A DNA stretch of 64,000 bases from the human T2T-CHM13v2.0 reference genome, Homo sapiens. Position 1 is the stretch's first letter. Every line of letters begins with the position of its first letter. The stretch lies in NCBI RefSeq assembly GCF_009914755.1, contig NC_060938.1; one strand, given 5' to 3'. The position numbers and the translations under genes were made by a program. The notes below the pieces were generated by a model. It saw only the letters and a list, made by a program, of their open reading frames with translations, made no database searches and had not been told where the DNA came from. Of the stretch, positions 1-12,907 are shown in pieces.

Positions 1-65
1 CTTGAATGCAGACATCACAGAGCAGTTTCTGAGAATGCTTCTGTCTAGATTTTATAGGAAGATAT

Positions 66-82
66 TCCCGTTTCCAACGAAA
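66..82 (-). promoter_or_regulatory. CENP-B box 1 (recurs in every HOR unit)
   Basis: TCCCGTTTCCAACGAAA is the reverse complement of TTTCGTTGGAAACGGGA and matches NTTCGNNNNANNCGGGN. Confidence 0.97.
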
Positions 83-407
83 TCTTCACAGCTATCCAAA
101 TATCCACTTGCAGATTCTACAAAAAGAGTGTATCAAAACTGCTCTGTCAAAAGGAAGGTTCTTTTCTGTTAGGTGAGTGCATACGTCATAAAGGAGTTTC
201 TGAGAAAGTTTCTGTCTAGTGGTTATGGGAAGATATTTGCTTTTTCACCATAGGCCTCAGAGCGCTCCAAATATCCACTTGCACATACTACAAAAAGAGT
301 GCCTCAAAGCTGCTCTCTGAAACGGAATGTTCAACTCTATGAGTTGAATGCAAACATCGCAAAGACGTTTCTGAGAATGCTTCTGTCTAGATTTGATATG
401 AAGATAT

Positions 408-424
408 TCCCGTTTCCAACGAAA
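408..424 (-). promoter_or_regulatory. CENP-B box 2 (recurs in every HOR unit)
   Basis: Same 17-mer, 342 bp after box 1. Confidence 0.97.
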
Positions 425-745
425 TCTTCAAATCTATCCAAATGTCCACTTGCAGATTCAACAAAAAGTGTTTTTCAGAACTGCTCTATCAAAAGAAAGA
501 TCCACCTCTGTTAGCTGAGTTCACACATCACAAACAAGTTTATGAGAATGCTTCTGTCTAGTTTTTATTTGAAGATATTTCCTTTCTCACCATAGACCTG
601 AAAGCTGTCCTAATGTTCACTTCCAGATACTACAGAAAGAGTGTTTCAAAACTGCTGTACGAAAGGGAATGTTCAACTCTGTGACTTGAATGCACACATC
701 ACAAAGAAGTTTCTGAGGATGCTGCTGTCTACTTTTTATACGTAA

Positions 746-762
746 TCCCGTTTCCAACGAAA
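746..762 (-). promoter_or_regulatory. CENP-B box 3 (adjacent to the 4-bp-shorter segment; recurs in every unit)
   Basis: Same 17-mer, 338 bp after box 2, preceded by TTTTTATACGTAA instead of TTTTATATGAAGATAT. Confidence 0.97.
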
Positions 763-1087
763 TCCTCCAAGCTATCCAAATATCCACTTGCAGATTCCAC
801 AGAAAGACTGTTTCAAAACTGCTCTGTCAATAGAAAGGTTCAACTCTGTTAGCTGCGTGCATATATCCCAAAGAAGATTCTGAGATTGCTTCTGTCTAGT
901 TTTTATGGGAAGATATTTCCCTTTTCACCGTAGGTGTCAAGGCGCTCCAAATGTCCACTTCCAGATACTACAAAAAGAGTGTTTCAAACCTACTCTGTGA
1001 AAGGGAATATTCAACTCTGTGACTTGAATGCACATATCACAAAGAAGTTTCTGAGAATGCTTCTGTCGAGATTTTATATGAAGATAT

Positions 1088-1104
1088 TCCCGTTTCCAAC
1101 GAAA
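1088..1104 (-). promoter_or_regulatory. CENP-B box 4 (recurs in every HOR unit)
   Basis: Same 17-mer, 342 bp after box 3. Confidence 0.97.
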
Positions 1105-1723
1105 TGCTGAAATCTATCCAAATATCCCCTCGCAGATTCTACAAAAAGAGTGTTTCAAAACTGCTCTGTGAAAAGAAAGGTTCAACTCTGTTAGTTGAGT
1201 ACACACATCACAAACAAGTTTCACACAATGCTTCTTTCTAGCTTGTAGGGGAAGATATTCCCTTTATCACCATGGGCCTCAAACCGTCCGAAACATCCAC
1301 TTCCCTATACTACAAAAAGAGCGTTTCAAACCTGCTCTATGAAAGGCAATGTTCAACTCTGTGACTTGAATGCAGACATCACAGAGCAGTTTCTGAGAAT
1401 GCTTCTGTCTAGATTTTATAGGAAGATATTCCCGTTTCCAACGAAATCTTCACAGCTATCCAAATATCCACTTGCAGATTCTACAAAAAGAGTGTATCAA
1501 AACTGCTCTGTCAAAAGGAAGGTTCTTCTCTGTTAGGTGAGTGCATACGTCATAAAGGAGTTTCTGAGAATGTTTCTGTCTAGTGGTTATGGGAAGATAT
1601 TTGCTTTTTCACCGTAGGCCTCAGAGCGCTCCAAATATCCACTTGCACATACTACAAAAAGAGTGCTTCAAAGCTGCTCTCTGAAACGGAATGTTCAACT
1701 CTATGAGTTGAATGCAAACATCA

Positions 1724-4700
1724 CAAAGACGTTTCTGAGAATGCTTCTGTCTAGATTTGATATGAAGATATTCCCGTTTCCAACGAAATCTTCAAATCTA
1801 TCCAAATGTCCACTTGCAGATTCAACAAAAAGTGTTTTTCAGAACTGCTCTATCAAAAGAAAGATCCACCTCTGTTAGCTGAGTTCACACATCACAAACA
1901 AGTTTATGAGAATGCTTCTGTCTAGTTTTTATTTGAAGATATTTCCTTTCTCACCATAGAGCTGAAAGCTGTCCTAATGTTCACTTCCAGATACTACAGA
2001 AAGAGTGTTTCAAAACTGCTGTACGAAAGGGAATGTTCAACTCTGTGACTTGAATGCACACATCACAAAGAAGTTTCTGAGGATGCTGCTGTCTACTTTT
2101 TATACGTAATCCCGTTTCCAACGAAATCCTCCAAGCTATCCAAATATCCACTTGCAGATTCCACAGAAAGACTGTTTCAAAACTGCTCTGTCAATAGAAA
2201 GGTTCAACTCTGTTAGCTGCGTGCATATATCCCAAAGAAGATTCTGAGATTGCTTCTGTCTAGTTTTTATGGGAAGATATTTCCCTTTTCACCGTAGGTG
2301 TCAAGGCGCTCCAAATGTCCACTTCCAGATACTACAAAAAGAGTGTTTCAAACCTACTCTGTGAAAGGGAATATTCAACTCTGTGACTTGAATGCACATA
2401 TCACAAAGAAGTTTCTGAGAATGCTTCTGTCGAGATTTTATATGAAGATATTCCCGTTTCCAACGAAATGCTGAAATCTATCCAAATATCCCCTCGCAGA
2501 TTCTACAAAAAGAGTGTTTCAAAACTGCTCTGTGAAAAGAAAGGTTCAACTCTGTTAGTTGAGTACACACATCACAAACAAGTTTCACAGAATGCTTCTT
2601 TCTAGCTTGTAGGGGAAGATATTCCCTTTATCACCATGGGCCTCCAACCGTCCGAAACATCCACTTCCATATACTACAAAAAGAGCGTTTCAAACCTGCT
2701 CTATGAAAGGCAATGTTCAACTCTGTGACTTGAATGCAGACATCACAGAGCAGTTTCTGAGAATGCTTCTGTCTAGATTTTATAGGAAGATATGCCCGTT
2801 TCCAACGAAATCTTCACAGCTATCCAAATATCCACTTGCAGATTCTACAAAAAGAGTGTATCAAAACTGCTCTGTCAAAAGGAAGGTTCTTCTCTGTTAG
2901 GTGAGTGCATACGTCATAAAGGAGTTTCTGAGAATGTTTCTGTCTAGTGGTTATGGGAAGATATTTGCTTTTTCACCGTAGGCCTCAGAGCGCTCCAAAT
3001 ATCCACTTGCACATACTACAAAAAGAGTGCTTCAAAGCTGCTCTCTGAAACGGAATGTTCAACTCTGTGAGTTGAATGCAAACATCACAAAGACGTTTCT
3101 GAGAATGCTTCTGTCTAGATTTGATATGAAGATATTCCCGTTTCCAACGAAATCTTCAAATCTATCCAAATGTCCACTTGCAGATTCAACAAAAAGTGTT
3201 TTTCAGAACTGCTCTATCAAAAGAAAGATCCACCTCTGTTAGCTGAGTTCACACATCACAAACAAGTTTATGAGAATGCTTCTGTCTAGTTTTTATTTGA
3301 AGATATTACCTTTCTCACCATAGAGCTGAAAGCTGTCCTAATGTTCACTTCCAGATACTACAGAAAGAGTGTTTCAAAACTGCTGTACGAAAGGGAATGT
3401 TCAACTCTGTGACTTGAATGCACACATCACAAAGAAGTTTCTGAGGATGCTGCTGTCTACTTTTTATACGTAATCCCGTTTCCAACGAAATCCTCCAAGC
3501 TATCCAAATATCCACTTGCAGATTCCACAGAAAGACTGTTTCAAAACTGCTCTGTCAATAGAAAGGTTCAACTCTGTTAGCTGCATGCATATATCCCAAA
3601 GAAGATTCTGAGATTGCTTCTGTCTAGTTTTTATGGGAAGATATTTCCCTTTTCACCGTAGGCGTCAAGGCGCTCCAAATGTCCACTTCCAGATACTACA
3701 AAAAGAGTGTTTCAAACCTACTCTGTGAAAGGAAATATTCAACTCTGTGACTTGAATGCACATATCACAAGGAAGTTTCTGAGAATGCTTCTGTCGAGAT
3801 TTTATATGAAGATATTCCCGTTTCCAACGAAATCCTGAAATCTATCCAAATATCCCCTTGCAGATTCTACAAAAAGAGTGTTTCAAAACTGCTCTGTAAA
3901 AAGAAAGGTTCAACTCTGTTAGTTGAGTACACACATCACAAACAAGTTTCACACAATGCTTCTTTCTAGCTTGTAGGGGAAGATATTCCCTTTATCACCA
4001 TGGGCCTCCAACCGTCCGAAACATCCACTTCCATATACTACAAAAAGAGCGTTTCAAACCTGCTCTATGAAAGGCAATGTTCAACTCTGTGACTTGAATG
4101 CAGACATCACAGAGCAGTTTCTGAGAATGCTTCTGTCTAGATTTTATAGGAAGATATTCCCGTTTCCAACGAAATCTTCACAGCTATCCAAATATCCACT
4201 TGCAGATTCTACAAAAAGAGTGTATCAAAACTGCTCTGTCAAAAGGAAGGTTCTTTTCTGTTAGGTGAGTGCATACGTCATAAAGGAGTTTCTGAGAATG
4301 TTTCTGTCTAGTGGTTATGGGAAGATATTTGCTTTTTCACCATAGGCCTCAGAGCGCTCCAAATATCCACTTGCACATACTACAAAAAGAGTGCCTCAAA
4401 GCTGCTCTCTGAAACGGAATGTTCAACTCTATGAGTTGAATGCAAACATCGCAAAGACGTTTCTGAGAATGCTTCTGTCTAGATTTGATATGAAGATATT
4501 CCCGTTTCCAACGAAATCTTCAAATCTATCCAAATGTCCACTTGCAGATTCAACAAAAAGTGTTTTTCAGAACTGCTCTATCAAAAGAAAGATCCACCTC
4601 TGTTAGCTGAGTTCACACATCACAAACAAGTTTATGAGAATGCTTCTGTCTAGTTTTTATTTGAAGATATTTCCTTTCTCACCATAGACCTGAAAGCTGT

Positions 4701-7700
4701 CCTAATGTTCACTTCCAGATACTACAGAAAGAGTGTTTCAAAACTGCTGTACGAAAGGGAATGTTCAACTCTGTGACTTGAATGCACACATCACAAAGAA
4801 GTTTCTGAGGATGCTGCTGTCTACTTTTTATACGTAATCCCGTTTCCAACGAAATCCTCCAAGCTATCCAAATATCCACTTGCAGATTCCACAGAAAGAC
4901 TGTTTCAAAACTGCTCTGTCAATAGAAAGGTTCAACTCTGTTAGCTGCGTGCATATATCCCAATGAAGATTCTGAGATTGCTTCTGTCTAGTTTTTATGG
5001 GAAGATATTTCCCTTTTCACCGTAGGTGTCAAGGCGCTCCAAATGTCCACTTCCAGATACTACAAAAAGAGTGTTTCAAACCTACTCTGTGAAAGGGAAT
5101 ATTCAACTCTGTGACTTGAATGCACATATCACAAAGAAGTTTCTGAGAATGCTTCTGTCGAGATTTTATATGAAGATATTCCCGTTTCCAACGAAATGCT
5201 GAAATCTATCCAAATATCCCCTCGCAGATTCTACAAAAAGAGTGTTTCAAAACTGCTCTGTGAAAAGAAAGGTTCAACTCTGTTAGTTGAGTACACACAT
5301 CACAAACAAGTTTCACACAATGCTTCTTTCTAGCTTGTAGGGGAAGATATTCCCTTTATCACCATGGGCCTCAAACCGTCCGAAACATCCACTTCCCTAT
5401 ACTACAAAAAGAGCGTTTCAAACCTGCTCTATGAAAGGCAATGTTCAACTCTGTGACTTGAATGCAGACATCACAGAGCAGTTTCTGAGAATGCTTCTGT
5501 CTAGATTTTATAGGAAGATATTCCCGTTTCCAACGAAATCTTCACAGCTATCCAAATATCCACTTGCAGATTCTACAAAAAGAGTGTATCAAAACTGCTC
5601 TGTCAAAAGGAAGGTTCTTCTCTGTTAGGTGAGTGCATACGTCATAAAGGAGTTTCTGAGAATGTTTCTGTCTAGTGGTTATGGGAAGATATTTGCTTTT
5701 TCACCGTAGGCCTCAGAGCGCTCCAAATATCCACTTGCACATACTACAAGAAGAGTGCTTCAAAGCTGCTCTCTGAAACGGAATGTTCAACTCTATGAGT
5801 TGAATGCAAACATCACAAAGACGTTTCTGAGAATGCTTCTGTCTAGATTTGATATGAAGATATTCCCGTTTCCAACGAAATCTTCAAATCTATCCAAATG
5901 TCCACTTGCAGATTCAACAAAAAGTGTTTTTCAGAACTGCTCTATCAAAAGAAAGATCCACCTCTGTTAGCTGAGTTCACACATCACAAACAAGTTTATG
6001 AGAATGCTTCTGTCTAGTTTTTATTTGAAGATATTTCCTTTCTCACCATAGAGCTGAAAGCTGTCCTAATGTTCACTTCCAGATACTACAGAAAGAGTGT
6101 TTCAAAACTGCTGTACGAAAGGGAATGTTCAACTCTGTGACTTGAATGCACACATCACAAAGAAGTTTCTGAGGATGCTGCTGTCTACTTTTTATACGTA
6201 ATCCCGTTTCCAACGAAATCCTCCAAGCTATCCAAATATCCACTTGCAGATTCCACAGAAAGACTGTTTCAAAACTGCTCTGTCAATAGAAAGGTTCAAC
6301 TCTGTTAGCTGCATGCATATATCCCAAAGAAGATTCTGAGATTGCTTCTGTCTAGTTTTTATGGGAAGATATTTCCCTTTTCACCGTAGGCGTCAAGGCG
6401 CTCCAAATGTCCACTTCCAGATACTACAAAAAGAGTGTTTCAAACCTACTCTGTGAAAGGGAATATTCAACTCTGTGACTTGAATGCACATATCACAAGG
6501 AAGTTTCTGAGAATGCTTCTGTCGAATTTTTATATGAAGATATTCCCGTTTCCAACGAAATCCTGAAATCTATCCAAATATCCCCTTGCAGATTCTACTA
6601 AAAGAGTGTTTCAAAACTGCTCTGTAAAAAGAAAGGTTCAACTCTGTTAGTTGAGTACACACATCACAAACAAGTTTCACACAATGCTTCTTTCTAGCTT
6701 GTAGGGGAAGATATTCCCTTTATCACCGTGGGCCTCAAACCGTCCGATAAGTCCACTTCCATATACTACAAAAAGAGCGTTTCAAACCTGCTCTATGAAA
6801 GGCAATGTTCAACTCTGTGACTTGAATGCAGACATCACAGAGCAGTTTCTGAGAATGCTTCTGTCTAGATTTTATAGGAAGATATTCCCGTTTCCAACGA
6901 AATCTTCACAGCTATCCAAATATCCACTTGCAGATTCTACAAAAAGAGTGTATCAAAACTGCTCTGTCAAAAGGAAGGTTCTTTTCTGTTAGGTGAGTGC
7001 ATACGTCATAAAGGAGTTTCTGAGAATGTTTCTGTCTAGTGGTTATGGGAAGATATTTGCTTTTTCACCGTAGGCCTCAGAGCGCTCCAAATATCCACTT
7101 GCACATACTACAAAAAGAGTGCCTCAAAGCTGCTCTCTGAAACGGAATGTTCAACTCTATGAGTTGAATGCAAACATCGCAAAGACGTTTCTGAGAATGC
7201 TTCTGTCTAGATTTGATATGAAGATATTCCCGTTTCCAACGAAATCTTCAAATCTATCCAAATGTCCACTTGCAGATTCAACAAAAAGTGTTTTTCAGAA
7301 CTGCTCTATCAAAAGAAAGATCCACCTCTGTTAGCTGAGTTCACACATCACAAACAAGTTTATGAGAATGCTTCTGTCTAGTTTTTATTTGAAGATATTT
7401 CCTTTCTCACCATAGAGCTGAAAGCTGTCCTAATGTTCACTTCCAGATACTACAGAAAGAGTGTTTCAAAACTGCTGTACGAAAGGGAATGTTCAACTCT
7501 GTGACTTGAATGCACACATCACAAAGAAGTTTCTGAGGATGCTGCTGTCTACTTTTTATACGTAATCCCGTTTCCAACGAAATCCTCCAAGCTATCCAAA
7601 TATCCACTTGCAGATTCCACAGAAAGACTGTTTCAAAACTGCTCTGTCAATAGAAAGGTTCAACTCTGTTAGCTGCGTGCATATATCCCAAAGAAGATTC

Positions 7701-10700
7701 TGAGATTGCTTCTGTCTAGTTTTTATGGGAAGATATTTCCCTTTTCACCGTAGGTGTCAAGGCGCTCCAAATGTCCACTTCCAGATACTACAAAAAGAGT
7801 GTTTCAAACCTACTCTGTGAAAGGGAATATTCAACTCTGTGACTTGAATGCACATATCACAAAGAAGTTTCTGAGAATGCTTCTGTCGAGATTTTATATG
7901 AAGATATTCCCGTTTCCAACGAAATGCTGAAATCTATCCAAATATCCCCTCGCAGATTCTACAAAAAGAGTGTTTCAAAACTGCTCTGTGAAAAGAAAGG
8001 TTCAACTCTGTTAGTTGAGTACACACATCACAAACAAGTTTCACAGAATGCTTCTTTCTAGCTTGTAGGGGAAGATATTCCCTTTATCACCATGGGCCTC
8101 CAACCGTCCGAAACATCCACTTCCATATACTACAAAAAGAGCGTTTCAAACCTGCTCTATGAAAGGCAATGTTCAACTCTGTGACTTGAATGCAGACATC
8201 ACAGAGCAGTTTCTGAGAATGCTTCTGTCTAGATTTTATAGGAAGATATGCCCGTTTCCAACGAAATCTTCACAGCTATCCAAATATCCACTTGCAGATT
8301 CTACAAAAAGAGTGTATCAAAACTGCTCTGTCAAAAGGAAGGTTCTTCTCTGTTAGGTGAGTGCATACGTCATAAAGGAGTTTCTGAGAATGTTTCTGTC
8401 TAGTGGTTATGGGAAGATATTTGCTTTTTCACCGTAGGCCTCAGAGCGCTCCAAATATCCACTTGCACATACTACAAAAAGAGTGCTTCAAAGCTGCTCT
8501 CTGAAACGGAATGTTCAACTCTGTGAGTTGAATGCAAACATCACAAAGACGTTTCTGAGAATGCTTCTGTCTAGATTTGATATGAAGATATTCCCGTTTC
8601 CAACGAAATCTTCAAATCTATCCAAATGTCCACTTGCAGATTCAACAAAAAGTGTTTTTCAGAACTGCTCTATCAAAAGAAAGATCCACCTCTGTTAGCT
8701 GAGTTCACACATCACAAACAAGTTTATGAGAATGCTTCTGTCTAGTTTTTATTTGAAGATATTTCCTTTCTCACCATAGAGCTGAAAGCTGTCCTAATGT
8801 TCACTTCCAGATACTACAGAAAGAGTGTTTCAAAACTGCTGTACGAAAGGGAATGTTCAACTCTGTGACTTGAATGCACACATCACAAAGAAGTTTCTGA
8901 GGATGCTGCTGTCTACTTTTTATACGTAATCCCGTTTCCAACGAAATCCTCCAAGCTATCCAAATATCCACTTGCAGATTCCACAGAAAGACTGTTTCAA
9001 AACTGCTCTGTCAATAGAAAGGTTCAACTCTGTTAGCTGCATGCATATATCCCAAAGAAGATTCTGAGATTGCTTCTGTCTAGTTTTTATGGGAAGATAT
9101 TTCCCTTTTCACCGTAGGCGTCAAGGCGCTCCAAATGTCCACTTCCAGATACTACAAAAAGAGTGTTTCAAACCTACTCTGTGAAAGGAAATATTCAACT
9201 CTGTGACTTGAATGCACATATCACAAGGAAGTTTCTGAGAATGCTTCTGTCGAGATTTTATATGAAGATATTCCCGTTTCCAACGAAATCCTGAAATCTA
9301 TCCAAATATCCCCTTGCAGATTCTACAAAAAGAGTGTTTCAAAACTGCTCTGTAAAAAGAAAGGTTCAACTCTGTTAGTTGAGTACACACATCACAAACA
9401 AGTTTCACACAATGCTTCTTTCTAGCTTGTAGGGGAAGATATTCCCTTTATCACCATGGGCCTCCAACCGTCCGAAACATCCACTTCCATATACTACAAA
9501 AAGAGCGTTTCAAACCTGCTCTATGAAAGGCAATGTTCAACTCTGTGACTTGAATGCAGACATCACAGAGCAGTTTCTGAGAATGCTTCTGTCTAGATTT
9601 TATAGGAAGATATTCCCGTTTCCAACGAAATCTTCACAGCTATCCAAATATCCACTTGCAGATTCTACAAAAAGAGTGTATCAAAACTGCTCTGTCAAAA
9701 GGAAGGTTCTTTTCTGTTAGGTGAGTGCATACGTCATAAAGGAGTTTCTGAGAATGTTTCTGTCTAGTGGTTATGGGAAGATATTTGCTTTTTCACCATA
9801 GGCCTCAGAGCGCTCCAAATATCCACTTGCACATACTACAAAAAGAGTGCCTCAAAGCTGCTCTCTGAAACGGAATGTTCAACTCTATGAGTTGAATGCA
9901 AACATCGCAAAGACGTTTCTGAGAATGCTTCTGTCTAGATTTGATATGAAGATATTCCCGTTTCCAACGAAATCTTCAAATCTATCCAAATGTCCACTTG
10001 CAGATTCAACAAAAAGTGTTTTTCAGAACTGCTCTATCAAAAGAAAGATCCACCTCTGTTAGCTGAGTTCACACATCACAAACAAGTTTATGAGAATGCT
10101 TCTGTCTAGTTTTTATTTGAAGATATTTCCTTTCTCACCATAGACCTGAAAGCTGTCCTAATGTTCACTTCCAGATACTACAGAAAGAGTGTTTCAAAAC
10201 TGCTGTACGAAAGGGAATGTTCAACTCTGTGACTTGAATGCACACATCACAAAGAAGTTTCTGAGGATGCTGCTGTCTACTTTTTATACGTAATCCCGTT
10301 TCCAACGAAATCCTCCAAGCTATCCAAATATCCACTTGCAGATTCCACAGAAAGACTGTTTCAAAACTGCTCTGTCAATAGAAAGGTTCAACTCTGTTAG
10401 CTGCGTGCATATATCCCAATGAAGATTCTGAGATTGCTTCTGTCTAGTTTTTATGGGAAGATATTTCCCTTTTCACCGTAGGTGTCAAGGCGCTCCAAAT
10501 GTCCACTTCCAGATACTACAAAAAGAGTGTTTCAAACCTACTCTGTGAAAGGGAATATTCAACTCTGTGACTTGAATGCACATATCACAAAGAAGTTTCT
10601 GAGAATGCTTCTGTCGAGATTTTATATGAAGATATTCCCGTTTCCAACGAAATGCTGAAATATATCCAAATATCCCCTCGCAGATTCTACAAAAAGAGTG

Positions 10701-12907
10701 TTTCAAAACTGCTCTGTGAAAAGAAAGGTTCAACTCTGTTAGTTGAGTACACACATCACAAACAAGTTTCACACAATGCTTCTTTCTAGCTTGTAGGGGA
10801 AGATATTCCCTTTATCACCATGGGCCTCAAACCGTCCGAAACATCCACTTCCCTATACTACAAAAAGAGCGTTTCAAACCTGCTCTATGAAAGGCAATGT
10901 TCAACTCTGTGACTTGAATGCAGACATCACAGAGCAGTTTCTGAGAATGCTTCTGTCTAGATTTTATAGGAAGATATTCCCGTTTCCAACGAAATCTTCA
11001 CAGCTATCCAAATATCCACTTGCAGATTCTACAAAAAGAGTGTATCAAAACTGCTCTGTCAAAAGGAAGGTTCTTCTCTGTTAGGTGAGTGCATACGTCA
11101 TAAAGGAGTTTCTGAGAATGTTTCTGTCTAGTGGTTATGGGAAGATATTTGCTTTTTCACCGTAGGCCTCAGAGCGCTCCAAATATCCACTTGCACATAC
11201 TACAAGAAGAGTGCTTCAAAGCTGCTCTCTGAAACGGAATGTTCAACTCTATGAGTTGAATGCAAACATCACAAAGACGTTTCTGAGAATGCTTCTGTCT
11301 AGATTTGATATGAAGATATTCCCGTTTCCAACGAAATCTTCAAATCTATCCAAATGTCCACTTGCAGATTCAACAAAAAGTGTTTTTCAGAACTGCTCTA
11401 TCAAAAGAAAGATCCACCTCTGTTAGCTGAGTTCACACATCACAAACAAGTTTATGAGAATGCTTCTGTCTAGTTTTTATTTGAAGATATTTCCTTTCTC
11501 ACCATAGAGCTGAAAGCTGTCCTAATGTTCACTTCCAGATACTACAGAAAGAGTGTTTCAAAACTGCTGTACGAAAGGGAATGTTCAACTCTGTGACTTG
11601 AATGCACACATCACAAAGAAGTTTCTGAGGATGCTGCTGTCTACTTTTTATACGTAATCCCGTTTCCAACGAAATCCTCCAAGCTATCCAAATATCCACT
11701 TGCAGATTCCACAGAAAGACTGTTTCAAAACTGCTCTGTCAATAGAAAGGTTCAACTCTGTTAGCTGCATGCATATATCCCAAAGAAGATTCTGAGATTG
11801 CTTCTGTCTAGTTTTTATGGGAAGATATTTCCCTTTTCACCGTAGGCGTCAAGGCGCTCCAAATGTCCACTTCCAGATACTACAAAAAGAGTGTTTCAAA
11901 CCTACTCTGTGAAAGGGAATATTCAACTCTGTGACTTGAATGCACATATCACAAGGAAGTTTCTGAGAATGCTTCTGTCGAATTTTTATATGAAGATATT
12001 CCCGTTTCCAACGAAATCCTGAAATCTATCCAAATATCCCCTTGCAGATTCTACTAAAAGAGTGTTTCAAAACTGCTCTGTAAAAAGAAAGGTTCAACTC
12101 TGTTAGTTGAGTACACACATCACAAACAAGTTTCACACAATGCTTCTTTCTAGCTTGTAGGGGAAGATATTCCCTTTATCACCGTGGGCCTCAAACCGTC
12201 CGATAAGTCCACTTCCATATACTACAAAAAGAGCGTTTCAAACCTGCTCTATGAAAGGCAATGTTCAACTCTGTGACTTGAATGCAGACATCACAGAGCA
12301 GTTTCTGAGAATGCTTCTGTCTAGATTTTATAGGAAGATATTCCCGTTTCCAACGAAATCTTCACAGCTATCCAAATATCCACTTGCAGATTCTACAAAA
12401 AGAGTGTATCAAAACTGCTCTGTCAAAAGGAAGGTTCTTTTCTGTTAGGTGAGTGCATACGTCATAAAGGAGTTTCTGAGAATGTTTCTGTCTAGTGGTT
12501 ATGGGAAGATATTTGCTTTTTCACCGTAGGCCTCAGAGCGCTCCAAATATCCACTTGCACATACTACAAAAAGAGTGCCTCAAAGCTGCTCTCTGAAACG
12601 GAATGTTCAACTCTATGAGTTGAATGCAAACATCGCAAAGACGTTTCTGAGAATGCTTCTGTCTAGATTTGATATGAAGATATTCCCGTTTCCAACGAAA
12701 TCTTCAAATCTATCCAAATGTCCACTTGCAGATTCAACAAAAAGTGTTTTTCAGAACTGCTCTATCAAAAGAAAGATCCACCTCTGTTAGCTGAGTTCAC
12801 ACATCACAAACAAGTTTATGAGAATGCTTCTGTCTAGTTTTTATTTGAAGATATTTCCTTTCTCACCATAGAGCTGAAAGCTGTCCTAATGTTCACTTCC
12901 AGATACT
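1724..12907. repeat. Tandem duplication of a 4-HOR block (period 5456 bp)
   Basis: Rare SNVs recur exactly 5456 bp apart: 2794/8250, 3067/8523, 4964/10420, 5750/11206, 6526/11982. Confidence 0.88.

Larger units (their letters stand above)
237..1275. promoter_or_regulatory. Degenerate pJalpha-like (A-box) motifs in the four box-less monomers at 237-253, 579-595, 917-933 and 1259-1275
   Basis: TTGCTTTTTCACCATAG, TTCCTTTCTCACCATAG, TTCCCTTTTCACCGTAG and TCCCTTTATCACCATGG sit at the position homologous to the CENP-B box and resemble TTCCTTTTYCACCRTAG. Confidence 0.75.
1..1364 (-). repeat. Representative HOR unit: 4 dimers (box-to-box spacings 342+338+342+342 = 1364 bp); seven 171-bp monomers and one 167-bp monomer
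   Basis: CENP-B boxes start at 66, 408, 746, 1088 and 1430. pJalpha-like motifs lie exactly 171 bp after each box (237, 579, 917, 1259). Confidence 0.96.

Noticed and set aside
168-180. Splice-donor-like AGGTGAGT in every unit
   Set aside because: It is a short motif within a satellite monomer with no exon context. Its recurrence is simply due to the HOR.
2794-8266. Possible inactivated CENP-B boxes at 2794 and 8250
   Set aside because: The change hits the terminal degenerate base, and all nine core positions remain intact.
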